Shown piece after piece: positions 30,650 to 39,537 of a DNA stretch of 64,000 nt. The notes below the pieces were generated by a model. That model did not search any database. It saw only the letters and a program-made list of their open reading frames with translations, and was not told the DNA's origin. Position numbers and translations under genes: made by a program. Position 1 is the stretch's first letter. Every line of letters begins with the position of its first letter. The stretch lies in the sequence record OL770107; one strand, written 5' to 3'. The stretch is from Escherichia phage CLB_P2.

Positions 30650-30692
30650 GTTTACATCTCCTGTAGACGTGGTACTATAGACCTATCAACTA
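30650..30692 (+). promoter_or_regulatory. early promoter / stem-loop cassette (PeSL-like)
   Basis: GTTTAC -35; inverted repeat cctgtag/ctacagg around GGTACTAT; near-duplicate of the 28728 cassette. Confidence 0.55.
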
Positions 30693-30706
30693 CAGGAGAT
30701 TACAAA

Positions 30707-31165
30707 ATGTCAGAAATTAATTCAGAAGTATTCATCCGCCGCAACAAATTACGTCGTCAGTTCGAAACCGAATTTCGTGAACTTAACGCGTCCATCAAAA
30801 AAGCCGCCATTAAGAGCGGTGTCCCAGCTTTCTTTATTAAGTACTCTAATCACTTGTTGGACCGTGCTATCCAACGTGAAATTGACGAAAAATATGTTTT
30901 CTCTTTGTTCAAGAAGCTCCACAATCATGTTAAAGAAATCCATGAATTTTTAATCCAGGAGCCTCTTCCTGACATAGAATCTGAAATTGTCCCAGGTAAA
31001 GTGTATCGTCCACTGCGTCTCGAGATTACCGATAAAACCTTATGGTTGGGTATGACCGTAGATCGTAAACATCCTGATAAAGGATATTCATTAAAATGTC
31101 GTATGGCATTTGTTAATTCTAAACGTTTAGAAGGTAAAACCAGCACGAAAGTAATCTATCTTTAA
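30707..31165 (+). CDS. regB: RegB site-specific endoribonuclease
   Basis: 152 aa; VFIRRNKLRR.FE.EFR and HLLDRAIQREIDE.YVF match T4 RegB as recalled. Confidence 0.8.
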   Translation: MSEINSEVFIRRNKLRRQFETEFRELNASIKKAAIKSGVPAFFIKYSNHLLDRAIQREIDEKYVFSLFKKLHNHVKEIHEFLIQEPLPDIESEIVPGKVYRPLRLEITDKTLWLGMTVDRKHPDKGYSLKCRMAFVNSKRLEGKTSTKVIYL

Positions 31166-31177
31166 TAATGAGGTCTC

Positions 31178-31717
31178 ATGAAAAAAGTATTAGCCACTTT
31201 ACTATTGACAGTTAGTATGTCTGCCTATAGCGTAGAGCCTACTTTCAGTAATGAACAACTCGATAATTTACATTATGCGTATGCTTTCGGTGAACAATAC
31301 CAAAAGTCGGGAAAGTTCAAAGAAAACCCTAATCAAAAAGGATTAGGATATATAATGGCCGGATTATTATGGCAGGAATCATCTGCTGGAATTAATCAAG
31401 GTTTAAATAAAGATAAGCACCATGCTTATGGCATGTTCCAAAATTACTTGCCTACGTTAAGAAGTCGTGTTCAACAGGTAGGTTGGAAGATGTCAGACAA
31501 AGAAATAATTCGCATGGTCCAAAAACGACAGAACAGTGCCTCTTGGGCCTACATTGAGCTGTCTTATTGGATTGATGTTCACAAAGGTGACCTGAGAAAA
31601 GCGATTGCTTCTTATAATGCGGGCTGGAATGTCAAAGCAGGCAGTAAATATGCTTCCGAAGTTCTAGAAAAGGCCAATTACCTAAAATCTAAAAAGATGT
31701 TTGAGGCGGTATATTAA
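31178..31717 (+). CDS. lytic transglycosylase-like protein with signal peptide
   Basis: N-terminal signal sequence; SLT-domain motifs LLWQESSAG and AIASYNAGWN. Confidence 0.5.
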   Translation: MKKVLATLLLTVSMSAYSVEPTFSNEQLDNLHYAYAFGEQYQKSGKFKENPNQKGLGYIMAGLLWQESSAGINQGLNKDKHHAYGMFQNYLPTLRSRVQQVGWKMSDKEIIRMVQKRQNSASWAYIELSYWIDVHKGDLRKAIASYNAGWNVKAGSKYASEVLEKANYLKSKKMFEAVY

Positions 31718-32074
31718 ATGATTAAACAGATGACTATAGCGCTTATGTTGATTGCTCCGGGAGTATTAGCATCACAGGTTGATGATACAAATAATTCAAT
31801 TGTCGAGTATGCCACCCGTACAGCAAAAGATTATTGTCATCCGAGTAATACTGAATGCGTTATTGAATTCAGTTCAAAAATAACAGCTGCTTTTAAAGAT
31901 GGACAGAACGACGTCGAGCATCGCCGAATGAAAGAGAAAACTCTTTCTAAAAGATACGAGCAACGTCTAAACGTTACTGAATGTGTTCCGTCTGATAAAA
32001 AGTACAAAGAAATGTGCGCGTCTATGGTAGACAGACTCGTTGACTCTTACAACCGAGGGCTAAACTCTAAATGA
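31718..32074 (+). CDS. small secreted protein
   Basis: 118 aa; N-terminal signal-like hydrophobic segment. Confidence 0.4.
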   Translation: MIKQMTIALMLIAPGVLASQVDDTNNSIVEYATRTAKDYCHPSNTECVIEFSSKITAAFKDGQNDVEHRRMKEKTLSKRYEQRLNVTECVPSDKKYKEMCASMVDRLVDSYNRGLNSK

Positions 32075-32544
32075 TTATTGATTATATTAAGGGCGATATC
32101 GTCGCCCTGTTTCTTCAAGGTAATATTATTGCACACGGGTGCAACTGTTTTCATACTATGGGTTCAGGGGTGGCTGGTCAATTAGCAAGGGCCTATCCTA
32201 AAATATTAGAAATTGATAAGACCACTACTGAATATGGTTCTCGTGATAAATTAGGTGACATGTCTATTGTTTTTAAACATAAGCCTACTGGGTTTGGTAT
32301 GTGTTATAATTTGTACACCCAATACGAACCAGGCCCTAATCTTGATTACGGTGCTTTAGTAAACTGTATGATAGAATTAAATCTACAAGCAAATGACCTT
32401 TTGTTTAAACCAAGAATTTATATTCCGCGCATAGGTTGTGGTATTGCTGGTGGTGATTGGGACAAGGTTTCTAAATTAATCGACATGTTTACTCCTGATA
32501 TTGATTTAATAGTGGTGGATTATGAGTCAAGTGCGAATTCTTAA
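32071..32544 (+). CDS. macro-domain protein (ADP-ribose binding/processing)
   Basis: 157 aa; HGCNCFHTMGSGVAG and IGCGIAGGDW correspond to the macro-domain Gly-rich phosphate-binding motifs. Confidence 0.55.
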   Translation: MIIDYIKGDIVALFLQGNIIAHGCNCFHTMGSGVAGQLARAYPKILEIDKTTTEYGSRDKLGDMSIVFKHKPTGFGMCYNLYTQYEPGPNLDYGALVNCMIELNLQANDLLFKPRIYIPRIGCGIAGGDWDKVSKLIDMFTPDIDLIVVDYESSANS

Positions 32545-32728
32545 AACGGCCAAATGTGAAAAATGTGAATGGCCTGTAATCGCAGCTTTATGCAACGATG
32601 AAATGAATTGCGAATATGATTACTGGTGGTATTGCTCTAATAAAGGCTGCTCTAATCATAAGGGTGAAGGTTTTCATTCTGGTTATTGCGAACATCCTAA
32701 ATTTGTGCGATATGGTGAACCTAAATGA
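32522..32728 (+). CDS. Cys-rich small protein (putative zinc-binding)
   Basis: 68 aa with several CxxC pairs. Confidence 0.4.
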   Translation: MSQVRILKTAKCEKCEWPVIAALCNDEMNCEYDYWWYCSNKGCSNHKGEGFHSGYCEHPKFVRYGEPK

Positions 32729-32910
32729 GTTTAAGTATTAGTCAGAAAAGTAGATTGTTTGAGCTTATCCATGAGCTTTTGGATGAGCATACAGAAGCAA
32801 ACGCTTTTTACGATGAATACGGCCCAATAGATGCCGAACATCAGGAAGAATTTGCTAATAGATTTGATGCGAAAGAAAACGAATTAATTGCTTATGTGAA
32901 TAGTCTTTAA
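32725..32910 (+). CDS. hypothetical small acidic protein
   Basis: 61 aa ORF. Confidence 0.35.
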   Translation: MSLSISQKSRLFELIHELLDEHTEANAFYDEYGPIDAEHQEEFANRFDAKENELIAYVNSL

Positions 32911-32919
32911 GAAGGTAAT

Positions 32920-33492
32920 ATGGCTCAACTTTATTTTCACTATGCGGCAATGAACTCAGGTAAGACCGCTTCATTGCTAACGGCGGCTCATAACTACAAA
33001 GAACGTGGTATGGGCGTGCTCCTTTTAAAGCCTGCGATAGACAATAGAGAATCAAGCCATACCATTTCGTCTCGTATAGGGATTAGTCAAGAGGCTAATG
33101 CAGTGACTCCGGATATGGACCTATACGAGTTCTATCGTTGGGCTGAATCTCAAAAAGATATCCACTGTGTGTTTGTGGATGAAGCACAGTTCTTAGAACC
33201 TGCACAGATAAAACAACTGGCAAAGATAGTAGACAATTATAATGTTCCAGTTATGTGCTATGGGCTAAGAACTGATTTTCAAGGTAAACTGTTTCCTGGT
33301 TCTGCTGAATTACTCGCTACAGCAGATAAACTCGTTGAGTACAAAGGTGTGTGCCATTGCGGCCGTAAAGCTACTATGACTGCTAGGGTCCAAGATGGTA
33401 TCGCAATTAAGGACGGAGCCCAAGTTTCTATAGGTGGCAACGATTCTTACGTGTCATTGTGCAGGAAGCACTGGATAGAAATAACGAGTTGA
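32920..33492 (+). CDS. tk: thymidine kinase
   Basis: 190 aa; P-loop MNSGKT, FVDEAQF, C-terminal zinc ribbon CHCGRKAT...LCRKH. Confidence 0.85.
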   Translation: MAQLYFHYAAMNSGKTASLLTAAHNYKERGMGVLLLKPAIDNRESSHTISSRIGISQEANAVTPDMDLYEFYRWAESQKDIHCVFVDEAQFLEPAQIKQLAKIVDNYNVPVMCYGLRTDFQGKLFPGSAELLATADKLVEYKGVCHCGRKATMTARVQDGIAIKDGAQVSIGGNDSYVSLCRKHWIEITS

Positions 33493-33501
33493 GGGTATAC
33501 T

Positions 33502-33780
33502 ATGGACCTAAATTCAAAGATTTTAATTCTAGCGTTCGCTGTGGCCATCTCTTATATTGTTCTTTCGCCCATCATGGATGATGCGGCTTACAAAAGAGAG
33601 ATAGAAGTTGTAGCAGCTACGTATAATGCTAATAATAAAGAATGTCCTAATAAAAATGGAATGGATTTAATTAAAGCACATTATATGCTTTCCATTACCT
33701 CGCCTATACAGAGGAATTGGGTTGAATATAATTTTAACGACGTGTTCTATTCGTATTGTCGTAAGCTTAAAAAGCTATAA
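33502..33780 (+). CDS. small membrane protein
   Basis: N-terminal transmembrane helix; 92 aa. Confidence 0.4.
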   Translation: MDLNSKILILAFAVAISYIVLSPIMDDAAYKREIEVVAATYNANNKECPNKNGMDLIKAHYMLSITSPIQRNWVEYNFNDVFYSYCRKLKKL

Positions 33781-33873
33781 ATAATAATACTAACCGTAGA
33801 GCTTTAGCTTTTGGTAATCGCTATCGGTTAAGGCCGAAAGGCAAATTCGTATAAAATAACAAAGGACTTTTGT

Positions 33874-34167
33874 ATGGGTATTTTCCGTACAGTGGCTTGT
33901 ATCCTTATGATTGGATGTTTAAGCCCGACATCTTCACTAGCAAACAAATCCGACCCTAAATTGATGGATGCCTTTGCTAGTAGTGCGATGCCAGTTTATG
34001 CGCAAATGAGTAAACCTAGTGTAAAGGCTTCCGAAGACTACTGGGCTTATGTAACTGCTTCTTGGAAAATTTCAAATTGCAATACAATAGAGTCTTGCTC
34101 GATTGAAGGTCGGGCTATCGGAGAACGATACGCTAAACTAATGAAGGTAGATGATGAAATTCAATGA
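33874..34167 (+). CDS. rI: lysis inhibition regulator RI-like (antiholin)
   Basis: 97 aa (same as T4 RI); N-terminal signal-anchor; C-terminal pattern C..ESC.IEGRA.G..YA..M resembles T4 RI. Confidence 0.5.
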   Translation: MGIFRTVACILMIGCLSPTSSLANKSDPKLMDAFASSAMPVYAQMSKPSVKASEDYWAYVTASWKISNCNTIESCSIEGRAIGERYAKLMKVDDEIQ

Positions 34168-34537
34168 TTTCGTACTTAGTCGAGGGACTGAAGTAGATTC
34201 TTATATTGGCTGGCTGTTGGTTTCTTTAGCCTATTTTAAGTCAGCCCATTTGGAAACCAAAAGCTATGCAAGACACAAAGCATATGACTTCTATTATACA
34301 GAAGTTCAAGGACCACTAGACCAGTTCAGTGAACAGTATTTAGGATTTAGTGGCAAAGAATATAAAGCATCACTACCATCTGCTTCAGAACTGCCTAAAG
34401 ACCCCATAGATTTTCTTGATGAACTTATTAAAGCGTCTGATAAAATCTACAAAAATCTTCCTAAGGCCATCCAATCGACTTTGGACGACATCACTGGTGT
34501 CTTTTACCAGACTAAGTATTTGTTAACGTTAGAATAA
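34151..34537 (+). CDS. hypothetical protein
   Basis: 128 aa ORF. Confidence 0.4.
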   Translation: MMKFNDFVLSRGTEVDSYIGWLLVSLAYFKSAHLETKSYARHKAYDFYYTEVQGPLDQFSEQYLGFSGKEYKASLPSASELPKDPIDFLDELIKASDKIYKNLPKAIQSTLDDITGVFYQTKYLLTLE

Positions 34538-34540
34538 TCA

Positions 34541-34570
34541 AAGGTCTCACTTCGGTGGGACCTTTTTTCG
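34541..34570 (+). terminator. rho-independent terminator
   Basis: Hairpin ggtctcac-ttcg-gtgggacc followed by TTTTTT. Confidence 0.6.
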
Positions 34571-34577
34571 TTTTAGT

Positions 34578-34620
34578 GTTTACATCCTCTAGGAACGTGA
34601 TACTATAGACCTATCAACTA
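34578..34620 (+). promoter_or_regulatory. early promoter / stem-loop cassette (PeSL-like)
   Basis: GTTTAC -35, GATACTATAGACC, conserved leader. Confidence 0.55.
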
Positions 34621-34634
34621 ATGAGGAGAATAAA

Positions 34635-34865
34635 ATGAAAACCACCACCAACCTGAAAGTTATCGATATCGCTAAAGCTTCTAAAGCACTTAAAGTTAAA
34701 GCTGAAGATTTTGAAAACGCTACCTTTGCTATTATCGAACAAAATGGTAAAGTAACCGGTTTAGAAGTTTATGAAGCTACTAAGTTCCAATCACAGCCTA
34801 AAATGGTTATTGGTACTAAATCTGTAACTATCGAAAAAGCTTTAGCATTATTCGAAAAAATTTAA
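34635..34865 (+). CDS. hypothetical protein
   Basis: 76 aa ORF after promoter cassette. Confidence 0.45.
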   Translation: MKTTTNLKVIDIAKASKALKVKAEDFENATFAIIEQNGKVTGLEVYEATKFQSQPKMVIGTKSVTIEKALALFEKI

Positions 34866-34878
34866 TGAGGAGAAAGTT

Positions 34879-35061
34879 ATGTTAACTACTGAACAGATTG
34901 AGAAAATTATCAAACTCGCCCAGCACATTGAAAACGCATCCAATGACCTGGCTGTTGAATATTGTGAAGGTTATTCGTATTCTGGAATAGAGCAGTGTAA
35001 ACGAGATTTGGCTAACTCTAAAGCAGCCTTGGTTGAGTATCTTAATGGGTTGAAAGCATAA
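34879..35061 (+). CDS. hypothetical protein
   Basis: 60 aa ORF with SD GAGGAG. Confidence 0.4.
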   Translation: MLTTEQIEKIIKLAQHIENASNDLAVEYCEGYSYSGIEQCKRDLANSKAALVEYLNGLKA

Positions 35062-35318
35062 TGGCCGTTGGATTTGCTAAGGACGGGGCCGAACAGCTCG
35101 AAATGGAAGCGGTCGTACAGGCCGCTATAGTACACGCCCGTAAGCAAGTAGCAGTTGAACGTGAATCGGCTAAATATTGTTTTGATTGTGATGAAGAGAT
35201 TCCTGAAGCACGACGTCAAGCTATTAAGGGTGTGATATACTGTGTAGGTTGTCAGTCAATGCATGATGAAATTTTTAAACGTGAGCCACGTAACTGTTGG
35301 CATAGGAGCATGAGATGA
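35061..35318 (+). CDS. DksA/TraR-family C4 zinc-finger protein
   Basis: CFDCDEEIPEARRQAIKGVIYCVGCQ, i.e. C-x2-C-x17-C-x2-C typical of TraR/DksA. Confidence 0.5.
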   Translation: MAVGFAKDGAEQLEMEAVVQAAIVHARKQVAVERESAKYCFDCDEEIPEARRQAIKGVIYCVGCQSMHDEIFKREPRNCWHRSMR

Positions 35319-35409
35319 TTTACTATCTTGAACCTTGGGCTTGGCTTACAATGCTTATTGGTCCAGTTTTAATAGGTTTATTCTTTTCACGGTTAGCGAG
35401 GAAACTGTA

Positions 35410-35619
35410 ATGTTATACGACCCGAGTGGTAATTCTGAAGATGGTGTTATTGTTTTGAAACCTGAAACATTAGCAGGTTCAGGTGATGATATGACTGTTG
35501 AAGTGGTAGAGTGGAATCTTATTAAAGGCGGAATTGTCCTAGAACAAGATGACGAAGTCATTTATCTGGATGCAAGCCAAGTCGAAGAGCTTTATAGTAT
35601 TTTAAAACATAACCGGTGA
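35410..35619 (+). CDS. hypothetical small acidic protein
   Basis: ATG after SD GAGG; 69 aa. Confidence 0.35.
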   Translation: MLYDPSGNSEDGVIVLKPETLAGSGDDMTVEVVEWNLIKGGIVLEQDDEVIYLDASQVEELYSILKHNR

Positions 35620-35622
35620 TTT

Positions 35623-35805
35623 ATGAAAACCAAAGAAAAGCACTTAAAGCTTGAAGAGCTTATCGAGGCCTATGCTGGTACAGTTGCCAGATTCGAAACA
35701 GCATTTTGTCACCATTACTCGGTTGATGATTGTACTAGGCTTTCTAAAGAAGAAGATAAAGCTCTTAAAGAGTTGTTAAATTTTATTAAACAAAATGTGA
35801 AATGA
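35623..35805 (+). CDS. hypothetical protein
   Basis: 60 aa ORF. Confidence 0.35.
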   Translation: MKTKEKHLKLEELIEAYAGTVARFETAFCHHYSVDDCTRLSKEEDKALKELLNFIKQNVK

Positions 35806-35815
35806 GGAACGGAAA

Positions 35816-36376
35816 ATGATTATTGAAACATCTGGGCTGTTTGGTGACCTGACTGCCGAAGTAGTTGATAATGCAATTGTGCTTTCACAAGAAGACGATA
35901 AAATCGTACTGACTATCCAAGATATTAAACCGCTTTATGATTTAAAGGTTTTGAACAAACACGAATATCTTAATGGTAGTTTTAGAGGTGTATTTGATAT
36001 TAATGACGATATGTGGGCCCAGATTTATAACCATGACAAAGGGTTTAATTTGGAAACAGATGAAAAATGTCTGAGCATTAGCGATTCTGATAAATTCTTT
36101 AAATGTATTTTTAAACTGTTCCAGGAAGAATGCAAGCCAGAAGTTGAATGGAAAGTTCCAGGTCAAGATGCGGTGATTAGTTCTAGTGAAACATTTGAAG
36201 GTGATGAAGAAGAACTGGATTATGATACCGAATTAACTGTATATCAACACCAGGGTCGCGATTTGCTATCCTTGGTCCAAAGACACGACGGTGAAAATGA
36301 AGTTGTATTTACGAAGGACGAGCTAAAAGTTTTAGTATCTTATCTGAACTCTGTTATCCCAACTATGAACCCTTAA
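35816..36376 (+). CDS. hypothetical acidic protein
   Basis: 186 aa ORF with SD GAGGAACGG. Confidence 0.45.
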   Translation: MIIETSGLFGDLTAEVVDNAIVLSQEDDKIVLTIQDIKPLYDLKVLNKHEYLNGSFRGVFDINDDMWAQIYNHDKGFNLETDEKCLSISDSDKFFKCIFKLFQEECKPEVEWKVPGQDAVISSSETFEGDEEELDYDTELTVYQHQGRDLLSLVQRHDGENEVVFTKDELKVLVSYLNSVIPTMNP

Positions 36377-36385
36377 GGAAATATT

Positions 36386-36838
36386 ATGATTATCAATGAA
36401 AACTCTTGGCACGTTAAATTACACGACCGTTTTTATGCCAGCTATTCACGTCCGCGCTCATTATGCGCATACTTCTGGAAAATGGTTTGGGTGTGCTTTA
36501 TGTGTTCTGTGCTTGCAGGTAGTACTATTTTCGGCTTAACTGTTGCAGGTGCCGGTATATTGGAGCAGTTCTTTGTATTGAGTACTCCTGTTGGTTTAAG
36601 TTTAGGTTTTATTTTAGGACTGATTATAATAGCCCTTATTCTAGCGGTAGCTTTTGGTTTGGTGTATGGTCTAATGAATTTATGGGCCCGGTACGATTTA
36701 CGTAAAGAAGAAAAAGAATGGGAACGCATTAAAGCTAAACGTGAAGGAAAGGAAATTAAAGAAAATGTTTTCATTCAATATATTAAAGCTCGTAAATCTA
36801 AGATGTGTCCGGTAATCCATTTTGAGGCTAAGAAATGA
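36386..36838 (+). CDS. membrane protein
   Basis: Two long hydrophobic helices followed by a basic tail. Confidence 0.45.
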   Translation: MIINENSWHVKLHDRFYASYSRPRSLCAYFWKMVWVCFMCSVLAGSTIFGLTVAGAGILEQFFVLSTPVGLSLGFILGLIIIALILAVAFGLVYGLMNLWARYDLRKEEKEWERIKAKREGKEIKENVFIQYIKARKSKMCPVIHFEAKK

Positions 36839-37845
36839 GAACAGTTATGAAAGGCTACTTCGGTAGCCACCTTTATGGAACAAGCACCCCAGAATCTGAT
36901 GTCGATTTTAAAGAAATCTTTGTTCCACATCCGCGCGATATTCTGCTCGGAACCGCGATGAACCATACCAACCTGAACACGAATAACACTGCTTCCAAAA
37001 ACACTAAAGATGATGTTGACCATGAGCTTTACAGCCTGAAATATTTCTTTAAACTGGCTGCTGAAGGCGAAACCGTTGCTCTGGATATGCTCCACACTCC
37101 ACCTGAAATGGTGGTTAAATCTGATTTACCTGATGTATGGAAATTTATCCAAGATAACCGTTCTCGGTTCTATACAACCAACATGAAAGCCTATTTAGGG
37201 TATGTCCGTAAGCAAGCTTCTAAATATGGTGTTAAGGGTTCTCGTCTGGCTGCTCTGCGTGGTGTACTGGCTATCGTTAACCAGATTCCTGAACAGTGGG
37301 TTGATTATCAAGAAGATGGTTCCGTTAAGCAACGTCGAACTAAGGTAGAAGATATTAAGCACCGACTCCCTGAAAACGAGTTCTGTGAATGGGTATTTCA
37401 TAACCATGAGAAAACAGGTCCTCAAACGTTCTATACTGTTCTCGGTCGTAAATACCAAACTACTTTGTCATTAATCGAGCTTAAGCAATCTCTTAATAAG
37501 CTTGATGCCGAATATGGTGAACGTGCTCGTAAGGCCGAAGCCAATGAAGGTATTGATTGGAAAGCTCTGAGCCATGCTTATCGTGCTGGATATCAGTTGA
37601 AGGAAATCTATATGACTGGCGACCTTCAATATCCTTTACGAACGGCACCATTTATCCTTGAAATCAAACAAGGGCTACATGCTTTTAAAGATGTACAGGC
37701 TGAGCTAGAAGCTATAGTTGATGAAGTCGAAACCAATGCCATCTGGGCAGCTAAGAACGGTATGCCTGATAAGGTGGATATGAAGTTCTGGGACAAGTTC
37801 GTCGAAGAGGTGTATCTTGACAACCACAACTCTTATTACCGCTAA
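36835..37845 (+). CDS. nucleotidyltransferase-fold protein (Pol-beta superfamily)
   Basis: 336 aa; GSHLYGTSTPESDVDF fits the G[GS]x9-13 D.[DE] signature, with a candidate third acidic residue in TVALDML. Confidence 0.5.
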   Translation: MRTVMKGYFGSHLYGTSTPESDVDFKEIFVPHPRDILLGTAMNHTNLNTNNTASKNTKDDVDHELYSLKYFFKLAAEGETVALDMLHTPPEMVVKSDLPDVWKFIQDNRSRFYTTNMKAYLGYVRKQASKYGVKGSRLAALRGVLAIVNQIPEQWVDYQEDGSVKQRRTKVEDIKHRLPENEFCEWVFHNHEKTGPQTFYTVLGRKYQTTLSLIELKQSLNKLDAEYGERARKAEANEGIDWKALSHAYRAGYQLKEIYMTGDLQYPLRTAPFILEIKQGLHAFKDVQAELEAIVDEVETNAIWAAKNGMPDKVDMKFWDKFVEEVYLDNHNSYYR

Positions 37846-38041
37846 AGAAGAAATCAAGGTTTTCCTGTCATATGGAAGACCTCATAAAACCTGTCGTTGG
37901 TATCTTGAAGTAGTTTGTAGAGAAACCGGTAGACGAATCAATTTCAAGTACGTATGCAAGCCTACGTCTAAGCAGATAAGACGGTGTATTAACTGGGCTA
38001 TCAATAATATCCGCTTCCATAATTATTGGAGCGCAATTTAG
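37817..38041 (+). CDS. hypothetical Cys-containing small protein
   Basis: 74 aa ORF overlapping the end of the previous gene; followed by a terminator; start uncertain. Confidence 0.3.
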   Translation: MTTTTLITAKEEIKVFLSYGRPHKTCRWYLEVVCRETGRRINFKYVCKPTSKQIRRCINWAINNIRFHNYWSAI

Positions 38042-38064
38042 GACCCTTCGGGGTCCTTTTTTGG
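38039..38064 (+). terminator. rho-independent terminator
   Basis: Hairpin ggaccc-ttcg-gggtcc followed by TTTTTT. Confidence 0.65.
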
Positions 38065-38081
38065 GTTTAGTGCAAAAAAGA

Positions 38082-38125
38082 GTTTACCCTCTCGTAGAGC
38101 ATGTTATTATGGACCTATCAAATCT
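38082..38125 (+). promoter_or_regulatory. early promoter / stem-loop cassette
   Basis: GTTTAC -35, TATTAT -10, conserved leader GAGTGAAACGGAGAATATAATG. Confidence 0.5.
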
Positions 38126-38147
38126 ACTGAGTGAAACGGAGAATATA

Positions 38148-39128
38148 ATGTTAACTATCAAAATCAACAAAGGTATCTATCGCGGTAATGAAATCTCTGG
38201 TACGTTCATGAGTTCAGGTAAAACCTGGTTCCCTAATAAAATTCATGAATCTGAAGCTCACCTCGGTGATGGCAAGGTATTCGTACAGATTGATGGTGTT
38301 GAACGTGGTGTGTGGGTGTTCAAATGTGACGTTGAAATGGAAGGTGCTGAAGCTCCTGTAATGGTTACCGAATCCTCTGAAGAAATGAAACATCGCATCA
38401 ACAAACGTTTTAAAGTAATGAACATGATGACTAACGGAATCATCGATGGTAAAATTCGTTCCCTTATCATCTCTGGTGCCGCAGGTATTGGTAAAACCTA
38501 CTCTTTGGATAAAGCATTACAAAATGCCCACGAAAATGAAACTATCGAATATAAATCAATCAACGGAAAGATTAGTGGAATCGGTCTTTACGAGCAGCTT
38601 TGGAATAACCGCGGCCCTAATAGTGTTCTTCTTATTGATGATGTTGATGTATTCTCTGACATGGATATCCTGAACCTTCTTAAAGCCGCATTGGATACCG
38701 GTGAGAAACGTAAGGTGTGCTGGAGCACTTCAAGTTCTTATCTCGATGATAAAAATATCGATAAAGAATTCGAATACGAAGGCACCATCGTGTTCATCAC
38801 CAACGTTGACATTGACCGTGAATTAGAGCGTGGAACTAAACTTGCTCCACACCTCCAGGCTTTAGTATCTCGTTCGGTTTACTTAGACCTCGGAGTTCAC
38901 TCGAATGAAGAGATTATGGTTCGTGTTGAAGACGTTATCCTGTCCACTGATATGATGCAAAACCGAGGTCTGACTGATGCTGAGACTTATCAAGCTCTAG
39001 CATGGATGAAGGCCAATGTATCTCGTCTTCGTAACGTATCATTACGCACGGCTCTTTACCTGGCGGACTTCATTGCCACCGATAAAAATGACTGGAGCGA
39101 AATCGCTGAAGTTACACTTCTGAAATAA
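38148..39128 (+). CDS. P-loop NTPase (AAA-like ATPase)
   Basis: Walker A GAAGIGKTYS and Walker B VLLIDDVD; start at ATG after conserved leader. Confidence 0.55.
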   Translation: MLTIKINKGIYRGNEISGTFMSSGKTWFPNKIHESEAHLGDGKVFVQIDGVERGVWVFKCDVEMEGAEAPVMVTESSEEMKHRINKRFKVMNMMTNGIIDGKIRSLIISGAAGIGKTYSLDKALQNAHENETIEYKSINGKISGIGLYEQLWNNRGPNSVLLIDDVDVFSDMDILNLLKAALDTGEKRKVCWSTSSSYLDDKNIDKEFEYEGTIVFITNVDIDRELERGTKLAPHLQALVSRSVYLDLGVHSNEEIMVRVEDVILSTDMMQNRGLTDAETYQALAWMKANVSRLRNVSLRTALYLADFIATDKNDWSEIAEVTLLK

Positions 39129-39138
39129 AGGTGAAATT

Positions 39139-39480
39139 ATGTTCGAACAATTTAGTTATGACCTTATAAAAGCAGAGTTGAAATACTCTAATGCCATGAA
39201 ACAGTCTATTGAAGACTATGATAATGAATTTAAACACCAATTCGCTGAGAAGGTTTACAAAACCGATTGTGAAGAAGGAGACTACAAGAGACTGCTCTTG
39301 GCAGCGAAGACCCAAGCCTTAATAAATCTAGACCGTAAGCAGGTTAAGTTGGCAGGCGACTTCAGAGATGAACTCTGTGCCATCAGGAATGAATACCTTA
39401 TTCGTATTAAACATCAACGGAAAGAGAACACCCAATCCGCATGGTTTAGTGGACAAGCCGGTGAAAAAAGTTTTTATTAG
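39139..39480 (+). CDS. hypothetical protein
   Basis: 113 aa ORF. Confidence 0.4.
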   Translation: MFEQFSYDLIKAELKYSNAMKQSIEDYDNEFKHQFAEKVYKTDCEEGDYKRLLLAAKTQALINLDRKQVKLAGDFRDELCAIRNEYLIRIKHQRKENTQSAWFSGQAGEKSFY

Positions 39481-39482
39481 TT

Positions 39483-39525
39483 GTTTACATCTCCAGTAGA
39501 AATGATACTATAGACCTATCAACTA
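39483..39525 (+). promoter_or_regulatory. early promoter / stem-loop cassette (PeSL-like)
   Basis: GTTTAC -35; inverted repeat ccagtag/ctactgg around GATACTAT. Confidence 0.55.
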
Positions 39526-39537
39526 CTGGAGGTTATC

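Noticed and set aside
38061-38147. N-terminal extensions in track ORFs (for example 38061, 42142, 60858, 53739, 20058, 57115)
   Set aside because: The extensions begin at GTG/TTG or ATG codons inside promoter or terminator sequence; the ATG following the conserved SD leader is the more plausible start.
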